DNA from: Pseudomonadota bacterium
Lineage (GTDB): Bacteria > Pseudomonadota > Alphaproteobacteria > Rhizobiales > Devosiaceae
Direction of reading: 5' to 3'
NCBI GenBank assembly: GCA_023428425.1
Contig: JAEYYP010000017.1
Span: forward strand, 2,382 to 66,381
Length of the DNA: 64,000 bases
The notes beneath the pieces are model-generated. The model had not been told where the DNA came from, did no database searches, and saw only the letters and a program-made list of their open reading frames with translations. Below, piece after piece: positions 48,262 to 57,226 of this stretch; position 1 is the stretch's first letter; each line of letters starts with the position of its first letter. The position numbers and the translations under genes were made by a program.

Positions 48262-49549
48262 CGACGTCCTGCCGGGCCACCATCAGGTGGAGCCGCCCAC
48301 GGCCGGGCGTTCGGAACCCGTTTCGAACTCGGTCATCATGCCGACGGATGGCGCCAGCAGGGTCCGCGAAGCGTTGGGAATGTCGCCGGATGCTCCCCTC
48401 CGCGTCGCTTTCGTCGCCGGCCCTGGCGATGCTGTCGGAACGTTCGATCATTGGTCGCAGGGCATTCATGATCCGCGCATGCCGGTGATCAACTACACGA
48501 CAATGCTCTACAGCCTCGTCGAGGCGCTCGATGCAGAGGCGCTGATCCTGGTCGAGCAGGACAGGCAACCCGCCCAGCCGCGCGGGCGCTTTCGCTTCGA
48601 ATACACACCGCGACGGCGCGGCCGGGGCGGTATCGGCTATCACCTCGACGAACGTGCCTTCGCGCTGAAAGTCCTGCGTCACCTGCGGGCATATCGCCCG
48701 GACGTCATCATCGTGGGGACCGATGCTCCCGATGCGCTGATCGCGCGGCTGCCGCGGACGCGGCGCGTGGTCCTGACAGCGCACAACACCTACTGGCCGA
48801 TGGGTCGGCGCCCGAACTCGCTAAAGGCCCGCGCGCGGTCCTGGATCTGGAAGCAGGGCATGCGCCGGATCGATGTGGCCGTGTGCACGTCCGACGAGTG
48901 CGCCGCACAGATCGCGGAACTGGGCGGGCCGTCCGGCGCGCGCAGTTTCACGGAAATCCCGCAGATCCTGACCGAGTTCTATCCTCCACAACTGGCTCCC
49001 GCCGCTGCAGTGGAGACCCTTCTGTACGTGGGGCGGATCGAGGCGAGCAAGGGCGTGTTCGACCTGTTGCAGGCGTTTGAGTCCGTCGCCGCGGAGCACG
49101 CCACGCTGAGGCTGGAGATTGCCGGGACAGGCACTGCCGCTGCGCCGCTGATGGATGCCATCGCCGCCTCTCCCCATGCAGATCGCATCGTCTTTCACGG
49201 CCAACTGCTGGCAAAGGCGGTGCATCAGCGACTCGAATCCGCCGACCTGCTGCTCTGCCCCACCCGCTCCAGCTTCAGCGAAGGGTTGGCGCTCGTGGTC
49301 GTCGAGGCGGCCGTGCATGGCGTCCCGACGCTGCTCAGTTCGATTGTTCCCGCCAAGGCACTGTTTCCAGGCGCAAGCGAGGAGTTTCCGGCGGATGACA
49401 CCGCAGCGCTGACAGCCACACTGCGACGCCTGGTGAGTTCGCCGGCCGACTATGCCACCCTGTGCACGGCACTAGCCGAACAGCGCGCCCAGTTCCGCGA
49501 CCGGTCGAAGTCCTGGGGATCAATGCTCTACCGCGCGCTCGTCGCCTGA
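48248..49549 (+). CDS. Glycosyltransferase family 4
   Basis: LLYVGRIEASKGVFDLL, EGLALVVVEAAVHGVP; overlaps the PPTase end. Confidence 0.88.
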   Translation: MTMDSDVLPGHHQVEPPTAGRSEPVSNSVIMPTDGASRVREALGMSPDAPLRVAFVAGPGDAVGTFDHWSQGIHDPRMPVINYTTMLYSLVEALDAEALILVEQDRQPAQPRGRFRFEYTPRRRGRGGIGYHLDERAFALKVLRHLRAYRPDVIIVGTDAPDALIARLPRTRRVVLTAHNTYWPMGRRPNSLKARARSWIWKQGMRRIDVAVCTSDECAAQIAELGGPSGARSFTEIPQILTEFYPPQLAPAAAVETLLYVGRIEASKGVFDLLQAFESVAAEHATLRLEIAGTGTAAAPLMDAIAASPHADRIVFHGQLLAKAVHQRLESADLLLCPTRSSFSEGLALVVVEAAVHGVPTLLSSIVPAKALFPGASEEFPADDTAALTATLRRLVSSPADYATLCTALAEQRAQFRDRSKSWGSMLYRALVA

Positions 49550-49567
49550 CGGGTCGGGAGCCGGTTA

Positions 49568-50758
49568 TCAGGCCCCGTCGCCACTCCGCTTCCGGTCAGT
49601 CCTGATCCAGCCCCCGCTCCGCTTGCCACCAGCGAAGGCCCGATAGAACCCGAGCTTCCCGAGGATGTAGGGCAGCACCCCCAAAATGGCTCGCGCCGGG
49701 AGCGCCCTGCGACCGAAAGCATGCCAAGCGAAGAAACTGGCGCCTGCGACCAGCAGGCAATTGGCGAAGGCAAGCCAGAGCGCCAGGCTCGGCAGTCCGA
49801 GCGCCAGCGTCAGGATCGCGGTAACCACAAAGGCGCTCGCGCAGAGCAGAAACAGCAAGGTCAGCGGCGGCACCATCACGTCGAGGATCAGCACCAGTGC
49901 ACCCGGGTTGCGCAGGGCCCGCGGCAACAGTCGCAACATGCCGCCGATCATGCCGAGATGCCCCTCTTCCCAACGGCTCCGCTGGGTCGCGATGGCGGAC
50001 GCGGTTTGCGGAAAGTCGCTGTCGACCCTTGCCTCCGGGCAGAACCGGGCCGGCGTGCCTGCCAGCGCAAGGTCCACTCCCAGTTGCATGTCTTCGACGA
50101 TACTCGCATGGCCAAGGTTCGCGGCACTGATGATCGACCAGGGAAACGCCATGCCGGATCCGGTCAACTGACATCCGAACCCCAACCGCTGCAATCCGGC
50201 GGCGCGAACCTGGTTCTTCACGAGGAATGCCAGCTCGGCGACGCGAAGGCGAATATCGGCACCATCGGGTGCGGACATCAGGTAGAGGGCCTGGGCCGGT
50301 CGCCCCGACGATGCCGCGGCAGCCAGATGGTCGAGCGCGCCGGGTGCCAGCCGGCAATCGGCATCGACGATGACGACCACGTCGGGCGGCGCGGCCGAGA
50401 GATGCCGGACGCCATAGTCCAGCGCAAAGCCTTTTCCGCGTCTCTCGGGGTCGACCCTGACCACCACTTCCGCTCCAGCGCGTGCCGCGAGCCGGGCGGT
50501 ATCGTCCGAGCAGTTGTCGGCCACGACCAGCAGGCGATCCCCGGTGCTCAGTTGCGTGCGCAGCGCGCTCACGGTCGCCTCGATGTCGGCTGCTTCATCA
50601 TGCGCGGGCACCAGCAGCGCCACGGTCGGCCTCGCGGACAGAGCCGCACTCCGTCGGCGCGCTGGCAGGAGGCTGGCCGCAACCTCGACCGCAAACACGC
50701 CGACCGGGACCAGCACAGCGAGGTTGCCGAGGATCAAGAGGACATTGGCGACGAGCAT
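49568..50758 (-). CDS. Glycosyltransferase family 2 (membrane-associated)
   Basis: VPAHDE, VVADNCSDDT, GKGFAL, DAD, ED, QRSRW, C-terminal TM helices. Confidence 0.9.
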   Translation of the reverse strand: MLVANVLLILGNLAVLVPVGVFAVEVAASLLPARRRSAALSARPTVALLVPAHDEAADIEATVSALRTQLSTGDRLLVVADNCSDDTARLAARAGAEVVVRVDPERRGKGFALDYGVRHLSAAPPDVVVIVDADCRLAPGALDHLAAAASSGRPAQALYLMSAPDGADIRLRVAELAFLVKNQVRAAGLQRLGFGCQLTGSGMAFPWSIISAANLGHASIVEDMQLGVDLALAGTPARFCPEARVDSDFPQTASAIATQRSRWEEGHLGMIGGMLRLLPRALRNPGALVLILDVMVPPLTLLFLLCASAFVVTAILTLALGLPSLALWLAFANCLLVAGASFFAWHAFGRRALPARAILGVLPYILGKLGFYRAFAGGKRSGGWIRTDRKRSGDGA

Positions 50759-50956
50759 TGGCAGTTCCCGACCGATCGCCCTCAGGCCTTGCGGCAATCA
50801 GGCCGAAAAAGCAACAGCGTCCCCATCTCAGTATGAATCAGGGGGCGAAATTAACACTGAATAGAACTACTTCGACGCGTCCGGTGCATTTCCTTGACCT
50901 TCCGTCGTCTGAACTGATGAAACATCCTGCACAGTTCTCGCGGGGCGCACGGCCGT

Positions 50957-51778
50957 ATGACCGATATACTTAGAAGCTCGTCGAATATTGATTCAAATTT
51001 TACGGGTTTTTCGGCCGAACGACTGTTCATGTTCGGGGTGACCTTTGACCTCCTCGACACGTCGGACGTACTCGCCCGCATCGACGCCGCGCGAGAGAAC
51101 GGGCGATTCAGCTACATCGTTACCCCGAACGTCGACCATGTCGTGCGCAACCAGTCGCCGCATGGCATCGCCGCTCCCTATGACGCAGCGTGGCTGACGC
51201 TGTGCGACAGCATGCCCCTGACCATTCTGGCGAAGCTGCTGGGGCACGAATTGCCGCGGGTGACCGGCTCCGATCTGACCGCGGAGGTTTTCGACAAGGT
51301 CCTTCGCGCTGGTGATCGACTGGCAGTCATCGCTTCGCACGAGGAGGTCGTTGACCGCCTGCGCCTTCAGTATCCCAAGCTGCGCATCCGGGTGCACGTC
51401 CCACCCATCGGGGTCAGGCACAACGCGGAGGAGCTTCTCAAATGCGTCGACTTCGTCCGCGCCGAACCGAACGACTTCGTGTTCCTCGCGATCGGTTCGC
51501 CGCAGTCGGAGGCGATCGCCTACGCGCTCAGCAAGTCTGATAGCGCCAGTGGCATCGGGTTGTGCATCGGTGCCTCGCTGGAGTTCCTGACCGGCATGAA
51601 ACGGCGGGCGCCGCGCTGGATGAGCGCAACCGGCCTCGAATGGCTGCACCGGCTGGCGACCGACCCGAGGCGGCTTTGGCGCCGCTATCTCTACGCGATT
51701 GTTCCGCTGATGCGGCTGGTCGCGCATGAGCTGCGATTGAAGCGGAAGCGCCTACTGCGCGTCTATATAGAGCGCTAG
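50957..51778 (+). CDS. WecB/TagA/CpsF family glycosyltransferase (GT26)
   Basis: VTPNVDH, RVTGSDL, AIGSPQSE, IGASLEF, RAPRWM...GLEWLHRL..DPRRLWRRY. Confidence 0.93.
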   Translation: MTDILRSSSNIDSNFTGFSAERLFMFGVTFDLLDTSDVLARIDAARENGRFSYIVTPNVDHVVRNQSPHGIAAPYDAAWLTLCDSMPLTILAKLLGHELPRVTGSDLTAEVFDKVLRAGDRLAVIASHEEVVDRLRLQYPKLRIRVHVPPIGVRHNAEELLKCVDFVRAEPNDFVFLAIGSPQSEAIAYALSKSDSASGIGLCIGASLEFLTGMKRRAPRWMSATGLEWLHRLATDPRRLWRRYLYAIVPLMRLVAHELRLKRKRLLRVYIER

Positions 51779-54475
51779 GGCCGCCATTGTTCCGATGGAC
51801 TGGTGCACGGTGTATTCCTGCTGCATGACCAGGGCCGGGTGCTGCACAAGATACTCGGCATAAGGCAGCGAGAACCTCGGTGGCTCGATCCGTCGCTGCG
51901 CCGCGTGTTCGTCCTCTCCCACCTCGGGCAGGGGAGACCAGGGTGGGCCGAATATCCAGCCATACGCGGTCTGCGCCTGCGATGCCCAGCCATAGATGGT
52001 GATGCCGGCCGGCGCCACGACTCCCATGGCGATGCGGTCCTCATGCAGCGGGTTGCCGACCGCGCGAACACCCATGCCGGTCGTCAGGCTCAGGCCGAGC
52101 TGGTTGGCACCAGTCATGGCGTGATGCCCCTGTTCCATCGCCCGCAGGATTGCCGGGTTGCCGGTGAGCTGGTGCGCCCGCATCAGCACCTGCAACTCGA
52201 AGTACCCTGGTGCGCCGCCCTGCCCCCATCCGGCCGGTGCCCCAGGATGCTTGAGGCTGGGATAGGCGAAGCCCGACTGCGCTTCGACGATCAGCAGCGC
52301 CTCCTGCTCGAAGCGGGCCTCGATGTCCGCCACGATCGCGGGGTCTCGATCTGCCGAATGCAGATAGTCCCAGGCGGCGTCGGCCGTCGGACCGTTGAAC
52401 GGCAGGCCACTCCGCCATTGATCAACGAAGACGCGAGCGTACTCGGCTCTCGGGTTCAGCCGTGTCAGCGCGGCCGCGGCGGCAGTTCGATAGTCCGCGG
52501 CGCGCCTCTGGAGCTGGTCGCGACGGGACGCCCAGGGCACCTCGGCGAACAGCCCGGCCAGCGTCCCTGCGCGCACTGCATCGGCGTAGAAGGCATCGGG
52601 GTCGTCGAAGCCCCGCTCGGCGGCATGCCAGGCTGCCGTGGCGCTTTGCGCGTAGAGCGCCGCCAGGTCCCCGGCGTTCAGATCCTGCAGTAGCCTGGCC
52701 AAGCCGGCGGCAGCGGCCGCGTAGCGGTAGCTCGATACATGGTCGGGCGCGTAGGCGAAGACGGTCTGGTGCTCGAGGTAGCTCGGGACGCCCTTCACCG
52801 GGTGCTCTGCGCTTTCGATCCCGCCGCGAATGCTCCCGTCCGCCGCTTGCAGGCGGCGGTAGAAATCGAGCGTCCAGATTGCCTCATGCACGAGATCGGG
52901 AAGTGCATCTTTGTCGCCGTAGAGCGTCGGATCGAGCACCTCCGCCGATTTCGGCAGCCCCGACTGGCTGACCCAGCGCCGGCGGGGCGTGAACTCATGC
53001 ACCTGGAGCAGCAGGTTGGCGACCTGCAGATGCTGAATGCGCCGATCCCAGTCGCCGGCATCCATGTAGCCGCCCCAGAAGCTATTGGGCGCGACTTCAT
53101 CCGTGATCCAGTCGGAACCGGCACCCTGCGCAAAGTGGACGAAGCCGTCGAACTCCGACGACCAGGCCAGCGGCAGCTGCGACAGCCTGATCTCGAAGTC
53201 GGGACCGGGCCGGAAGGTCGCGGGACGGGAGAAGCCGAAGCGGCCGTCGAGCGCCACTCCGCTGCGGTGGTGGTAGAGACCGGCGAGGTGGGCGAGGCCG
53301 GCCGTGCGCCAGACGTCGGCGCTGATGACCAGCGGGTCCGACACGCCCAGTCCCGCGATCCAAAGTCGGTATTCGCCAGCAGCCGCTGGCTCCCAGGCTG
53401 AATAGTCCAGCTCGAACACATAGGTCGCTGCGCGATTGGCACGCAGTGCCGGCGTGGCCCGCGCGCCAGGAGAGACGGCCTGAGGCAGGTCGCCGGTCTG
53501 GTCGGAAACGGCAAAGCTCGACGCGGTGACGCTGGCGATGGTGGCAAAGATGGCCCCTGCATCCATCTCACCTGCCAGGCGCTCGAGCATGACCCGCTGC
53601 CCCTCGACAAACCCATGGGGTTTGTCGCTCACGAAAACGCCGTCAGCCTCGCGCCGCAGGAAGACCGGCACTCCGGAACTGTCGGCGTACTCCAGCAACG
53701 GCTCCGCCAGACCATTGCCGGGCTCGGGCGTGTCGGGAGAAGACCGCAGGCGGATCGGAGCGCTGAACACGACGGTATTGGTCGCATCGACAATGCCGAA
53801 AGCGTCAATGCCGTACTCGCGGAAGTCCACCGCTCCCCGGCCCGGCAGCCACAGTGACAGGAACGCCGACTTGCCGACGTCGGTGGCGCGGTGACCGTTC
53901 TGGGTCGCGTGCAACGACGAGAGCCGCGTGCTGGCGGGATCAAAGGTGAAACCGGTATCGGCGAGCGCCGCGTCGGGCCAGGCAATGCGATGGTCGCCGG
54001 CGGCCAGAGGACCATCCAGCTCGAGGTAGATATCGTGCTGGAAGCTGGCGCCCGACCGGTTGTCGCCGTTGCCGGCGCGGTAGAGGCCGGAATCGTAGGG
54101 CATGGACTTGCGGTGGACCGCAACCACGGCGCGTCCGCCGATCGCAGCATAGCGCCCCGGTTCGTCGACAGCGCTCCGATCGAGGTACGACGTGGGCGGT
54201 ACGTCGGCGACCCGGAGGTGGTCGTGCCGTGGCCCGACGACGATGCCCCAGTCTCCGTCATGGTTCACCCAGGTCCCCACCGCTTCGGACCGCGGCACAT
54301 CGAGTGCAACTACCCCTCCGCGCATGAACGGCGGATCGCGCACCACGACGTGAATGACGTCCGGCGCCGCCATCGCGACCTCCGCCACCATTACGGTCTG
54401 GGCAGCGGTTCCGGTGCTCCCGCCCGCCGTCAGGACGAGCAGCAGGACGGCAAGGGCCAGCTTGGTCAGGATCAC
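51752..54475 (-). CDS. Exported glycoside hydrolase family 9-like protein with Ig-like N-terminal region
   Basis: Signal peptide; Q.GH...DVGKSA, GLYHHRSG, GGYMDAGDWD, GANQLG.S.TTG.G.R....P.H, QQEYTVHQ. Confidence 0.75.
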   Translation of the reverse strand: MILTKLALAVLLLVLTAGGSTGTAAQTVMVAEVAMAAPDVIHVVVRDPPFMRGGVVALDVPRSEAVGTWVNHDGDWGIVVGPRHDHLRVADVPPTSYLDRSAVDEPGRYAAIGGRAVVAVHRKSMPYDSGLYRAGNGDNRSGASFQHDIYLELDGPLAAGDHRIAWPDAALADTGFTFDPASTRLSSLHATQNGHRATDVGKSAFLSLWLPGRGAVDFREYGIDAFGIVDATNTVVFSAPIRLRSSPDTPEPGNGLAEPLLEYADSSGVPVFLRREADGVFVSDKPHGFVEGQRVMLERLAGEMDAGAIFATIASVTASSFAVSDQTGDLPQAVSPGARATPALRANRAATYVFELDYSAWEPAAAGEYRLWIAGLGVSDPLVISADVWRTAGLAHLAGLYHHRSGVALDGRFGFSRPATFRPGPDFEIRLSQLPLAWSSEFDGFVHFAQGAGSDWITDEVAPNSFWGGYMDAGDWDRRIQHLQVANLLLQVHEFTPRRRWVSQSGLPKSAEVLDPTLYGDKDALPDLVHEAIWTLDFYRRLQAADGSIRGGIESAEHPVKGVPSYLEHQTVFAYAPDHVSSYRYAAAAAGLARLLQDLNAGDLAALYAQSATAAWHAAERGFDDPDAFYADAVRAGTLAGLFAEVPWASRRDQLQRRAADYRTAAAAALTRLNPRAEYARVFVDQWRSGLPFNGPTADAAWDYLHSADRDPAIVADIEARFEQEALLIVEAQSGFAYPSLKHPGAPAGWGQGGAPGYFELQVLMRAHQLTGNPAILRAMEQGHHAMTGANQLGLSLTTGMGVRAVGNPLHEDRIAMGVVAPAGITIYGWASQAQTAYGWIFGPPWSPLPEVGEDEHAAQRRIEPPRFSLPYAEYLVQHPALVMQQEYTVHQSIGTMAALALYIDAQ

Positions 54476-54574
54476 CTGGTCATTAACCTTCGATAGCTTT
54501 TGCGAGGCGCATTAACCAGCGTCCCCGCCGGGTCGTGCTAGCAGTCAAACTATCAGGGTTGAAAGGCCACCGTC

Positions 54575-55930
54575 TTGAAATTCGTAGTCTTGGCAATCGC
54601 GGTTTCTGCGGCTTTTCCATTAAGCCTGATGCTGCGAAGCTCCCAGGGCTTTGCCCGACTCTTCTGGGTCGCGTTTGGCATGCTGCCTTTTCTGTCAACG
54701 GCGCTGCCCCTGTTTGACATCGGCATCGTCACGCTGGCCGGCGAATGGATCGGCTTCGTCTACAGCCTCGAAGTCACCCTCATCGATATCATGGCCCTTG
54801 CAGCGCTGCTGAGCTTCTCGGCGCAGGGCGGATCGATACCCGCCTGGTGCAAGCTGCCGCTGCTGCTCTATGTCGGCGCGACCGCGCTTTCGGCACTGCA
54901 CGCCAGCAACCCCCTCGCGGCGTCGTTCGGGGTGTGGCAGTTCGCTCGCATGGTCCTGATCATGGTCGTGGTGACCCGGCTATGCCTCGAGCCGCGCCGG
55001 GCGATCGAACTGCTCTTCGGTATGGCGCTCGGCATGGGCTGCCATCTGGTGGCGGTGATCCACCAGCGGTTCGGGCTCGGCATGACGCAGGCCAACGGGC
55101 TGTTCATCCATCAGAATACACTGGGCATGGTGGCCCACATGGTGCTGATCCCGCATCTTGCGCTGCTGCTGCATGGGTACCAGGGGCTGCGGACGCAGGT
55201 GTTCGCCGTATTCGGCACGCTGCTGGTAGTGGTATTCACCGCGTCGCGCGCCGCGGTCGGCCTCAGCGCCGCCGGAATTGCCCTCACCTACGCGGTGCTG
55301 GCGCTCGCCGGGTTGACCGGACGCAAGATGCTGTTCGCGGCACTGGCCGTCATGGGCCTGGCACTCGTCACCCCGGTGGCGATTTCGGCCTTCGAGAGCC
55401 GCTTTGCGGCAGTGCCGCTGAATGAAAGCCAGTACGACGAACGCGCAGCCTTCAACCGTGCCGCAAGCTTCATCCTCGATGACCATCCGTGGGGCGTCGG
55501 CGTCAATCACTATGTCCACGTTGCCCGCGATTTCGGCTATTCCGACCGCGCCGGTGTCGCGCCTGTCGAGGGCAACCGGAACAACATCGTCCACAACGCC
55601 TATCTCCTGGCAGGAGCCGAAACCGGCTATCTCGGCCTCGTCGCCTTCTGCCTGATGCTTGCCGTACCCCTCGTCACCGCGCTGGTGACCGGCTGGCGCT
55701 TCCGCGCCATGGCCGAGGGTGCCCTGCTGCTGGGGCTCGGTACGGCCCTGTCGGTGGTCTACCTGCACTCCTTCTTCGAGTGGGTGATCTTCATCAAGGA
55801 AGTGCAGTACCTGCTGTTCATGACCATGGGCATGATCTTCGGGATCGCACTGCGCCTGAATGCAATGGCGCGCACCCCGGCCAAGGGGACGCCCGCCCCG
55901 CAAGTCCTTCTGTCGAGGGCAGGCGCATGA
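54575..55930 (+). CDS. O-antigen ligase / Wzy polymerase family membrane protein
   Basis: About 12 TM segments; GLFIHQNTLG, TASRA, DHPWGVGVN, VHNAYL...ETG.LG. Confidence 0.88.
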   Translation: MKFVVLAIAVSAAFPLSLMLRSSQGFARLFWVAFGMLPFLSTALPLFDIGIVTLAGEWIGFVYSLEVTLIDIMALAALLSFSAQGGSIPAWCKLPLLLYVGATALSALHASNPLAASFGVWQFARMVLIMVVVTRLCLEPRRAIELLFGMALGMGCHLVAVIHQRFGLGMTQANGLFIHQNTLGMVAHMVLIPHLALLLHGYQGLRTQVFAVFGTLLVVVFTASRAAVGLSAAGIALTYAVLALAGLTGRKMLFAALAVMGLALVTPVAISAFESRFAAVPLNESQYDERAAFNRAASFILDDHPWGVGVNHYVHVARDFGYSDRAGVAPVEGNRNNIVHNAYLLAGAETGYLGLVAFCLMLAVPLVTALVTGWRFRAMAEGALLLGLGTALSVVYLHSFFEWVIFIKEVQYLLFMTMGMIFGIALRLNAMARTPAKGTPAPQVLLSRAGA

Positions 55931-57216
55931 CGGGCACCCGCATAAACTCAGTTACCGCAGACCTGGCGCCGGCCAGTCGCGCATCGGCAAGGAGCCCGAC
56001 CTTGAACCCATCCAGGATCATCGCAACTGCGGCCATGCTGGCATTCCTGTCACCGGTGACGGTGCAGGCCACCGAGCAGTACCTCATGGGCGTGCAGGAC
56101 AGCCTGCGCATCTACGTCGCCGAATGGCCGGCCCTTTCGACCAATGTCGTGGTCGGCGCTGGCGGCGAGATCTCCTTGCCGGTGATCGGCCAGGTGCAGG
56201 CGGCGAACCTCGATACGGCCCAGCTGGGCAAGCTGATCGCCGAACGGCTGATGGAGGTGGAGAACCTCCCTGACCTGCCGAGCACGTCGGTCGAAGTGGT
56301 GGCCTATCGCCCCTTCTACATCCTCGGCAACGTCACCAATCCGGGCGAATACAACTACCGGCCGGGAATGCTGATCCTCAATGCGTTGAGCATTGCCGGC
56401 GGCGCCTACCGCGCGCCGGATCGTTCGCAATGGGACATCGAGCGCGTCACCATCAGCAGCAGCGGCGAACTCTCGGTGCTGAACCTGCGCTACAGCGACC
56501 TGCTCGCCCAGCAGTTGCGGCTGGGAGCCGAGCGCGACGGTCTCGATGCCTTTCCGGAGCCTCCCGCCGATGCCGGACCTGACCTGCTGCGCGCACTCGA
56601 AGAGCAGCAACGCATCTTCGACGGCAACCTCCGGCGTCGCGCGTCCGCCATCGCGTCGCTGCAGGCGTCGATCGGCACGACCGAGAAAGAGATCGACGCA
56701 CTCGACCGACAGTCGGTCGACTTGAACACCCGTCTGCAATCGCTTGAAGCCGAACTGGAGCAGGTGCGCGAGTTGGCCAAGAAGGATCTGGCCGTGCAGC
56801 GGCTCGCCCCACTCGAAAGCACGGTGGCCGAGGCGCAGCGCCAGCAGCAGGAGGGCGAAATCGCTCGACTGCGCGCCGAACAGGCACTGGCCGACCTCCG
56901 CCGGCAACTCGATGAGCTCGACCAGGTGCGGCAGGCCGAGCTGCTTGCCGAAATCCAGCGCGTCAACGCCGAACTGCGCGAAGTCCAGCAGCAGCGCGGC
57001 GCGCTGTCGCGACTGCTGAGCGGTGCGGCGTTCTATTCGGCCGATATCGCCGGGTCCGACACCGCCGCCGCCGACCAGCCCCTGCGCTATCTCATTGTGC
57101 GCGCCGATGGCGAAACAACGAGCGAAACCGAAGTCACCGAAACCACGCGCGTCCTGCCCGGAGACATCGTGAAGGTCCTGCGGGCGGCCGATCCAGCCCT
57201 CGCAGCCCGGCAGTAA
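55927..57216 (+). CDS. Polysaccharide export (OPX/Wza-ExoF-like) protein with long coiled coil
   Basis: Y.MG..D.LRI, G.ISLPVIG.V.AA, YRPFYILG.V..PGEY.YRPGM, heptad-rich middle, terminal V.PGDIVKV. Confidence 0.9.
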   Translation: MTGTRINSVTADLAPASRASARSPTLNPSRIIATAAMLAFLSPVTVQATEQYLMGVQDSLRIYVAEWPALSTNVVVGAGGEISLPVIGQVQAANLDTAQLGKLIAERLMEVENLPDLPSTSVEVVAYRPFYILGNVTNPGEYNYRPGMLILNALSIAGGAYRAPDRSQWDIERVTISSSGELSVLNLRYSDLLAQQLRLGAERDGLDAFPEPPADAGPDLLRALEEQQRIFDGNLRRRASAIASLQASIGTTEKEIDALDRQSVDLNTRLQSLEAELEQVRELAKKDLAVQRLAPLESTVAEAQRQQQEGEIARLRAEQALADLRRQLDELDQVRQAELLAEIQRVNAELREVQQQRGALSRLLSGAAFYSADIAGSDTAAADQPLRYLIVRADGETTSETEVTETTRVLPGDIVKVLRAADPALAARQ

Positions 57217-57226
57217 GGAGGTTCCC

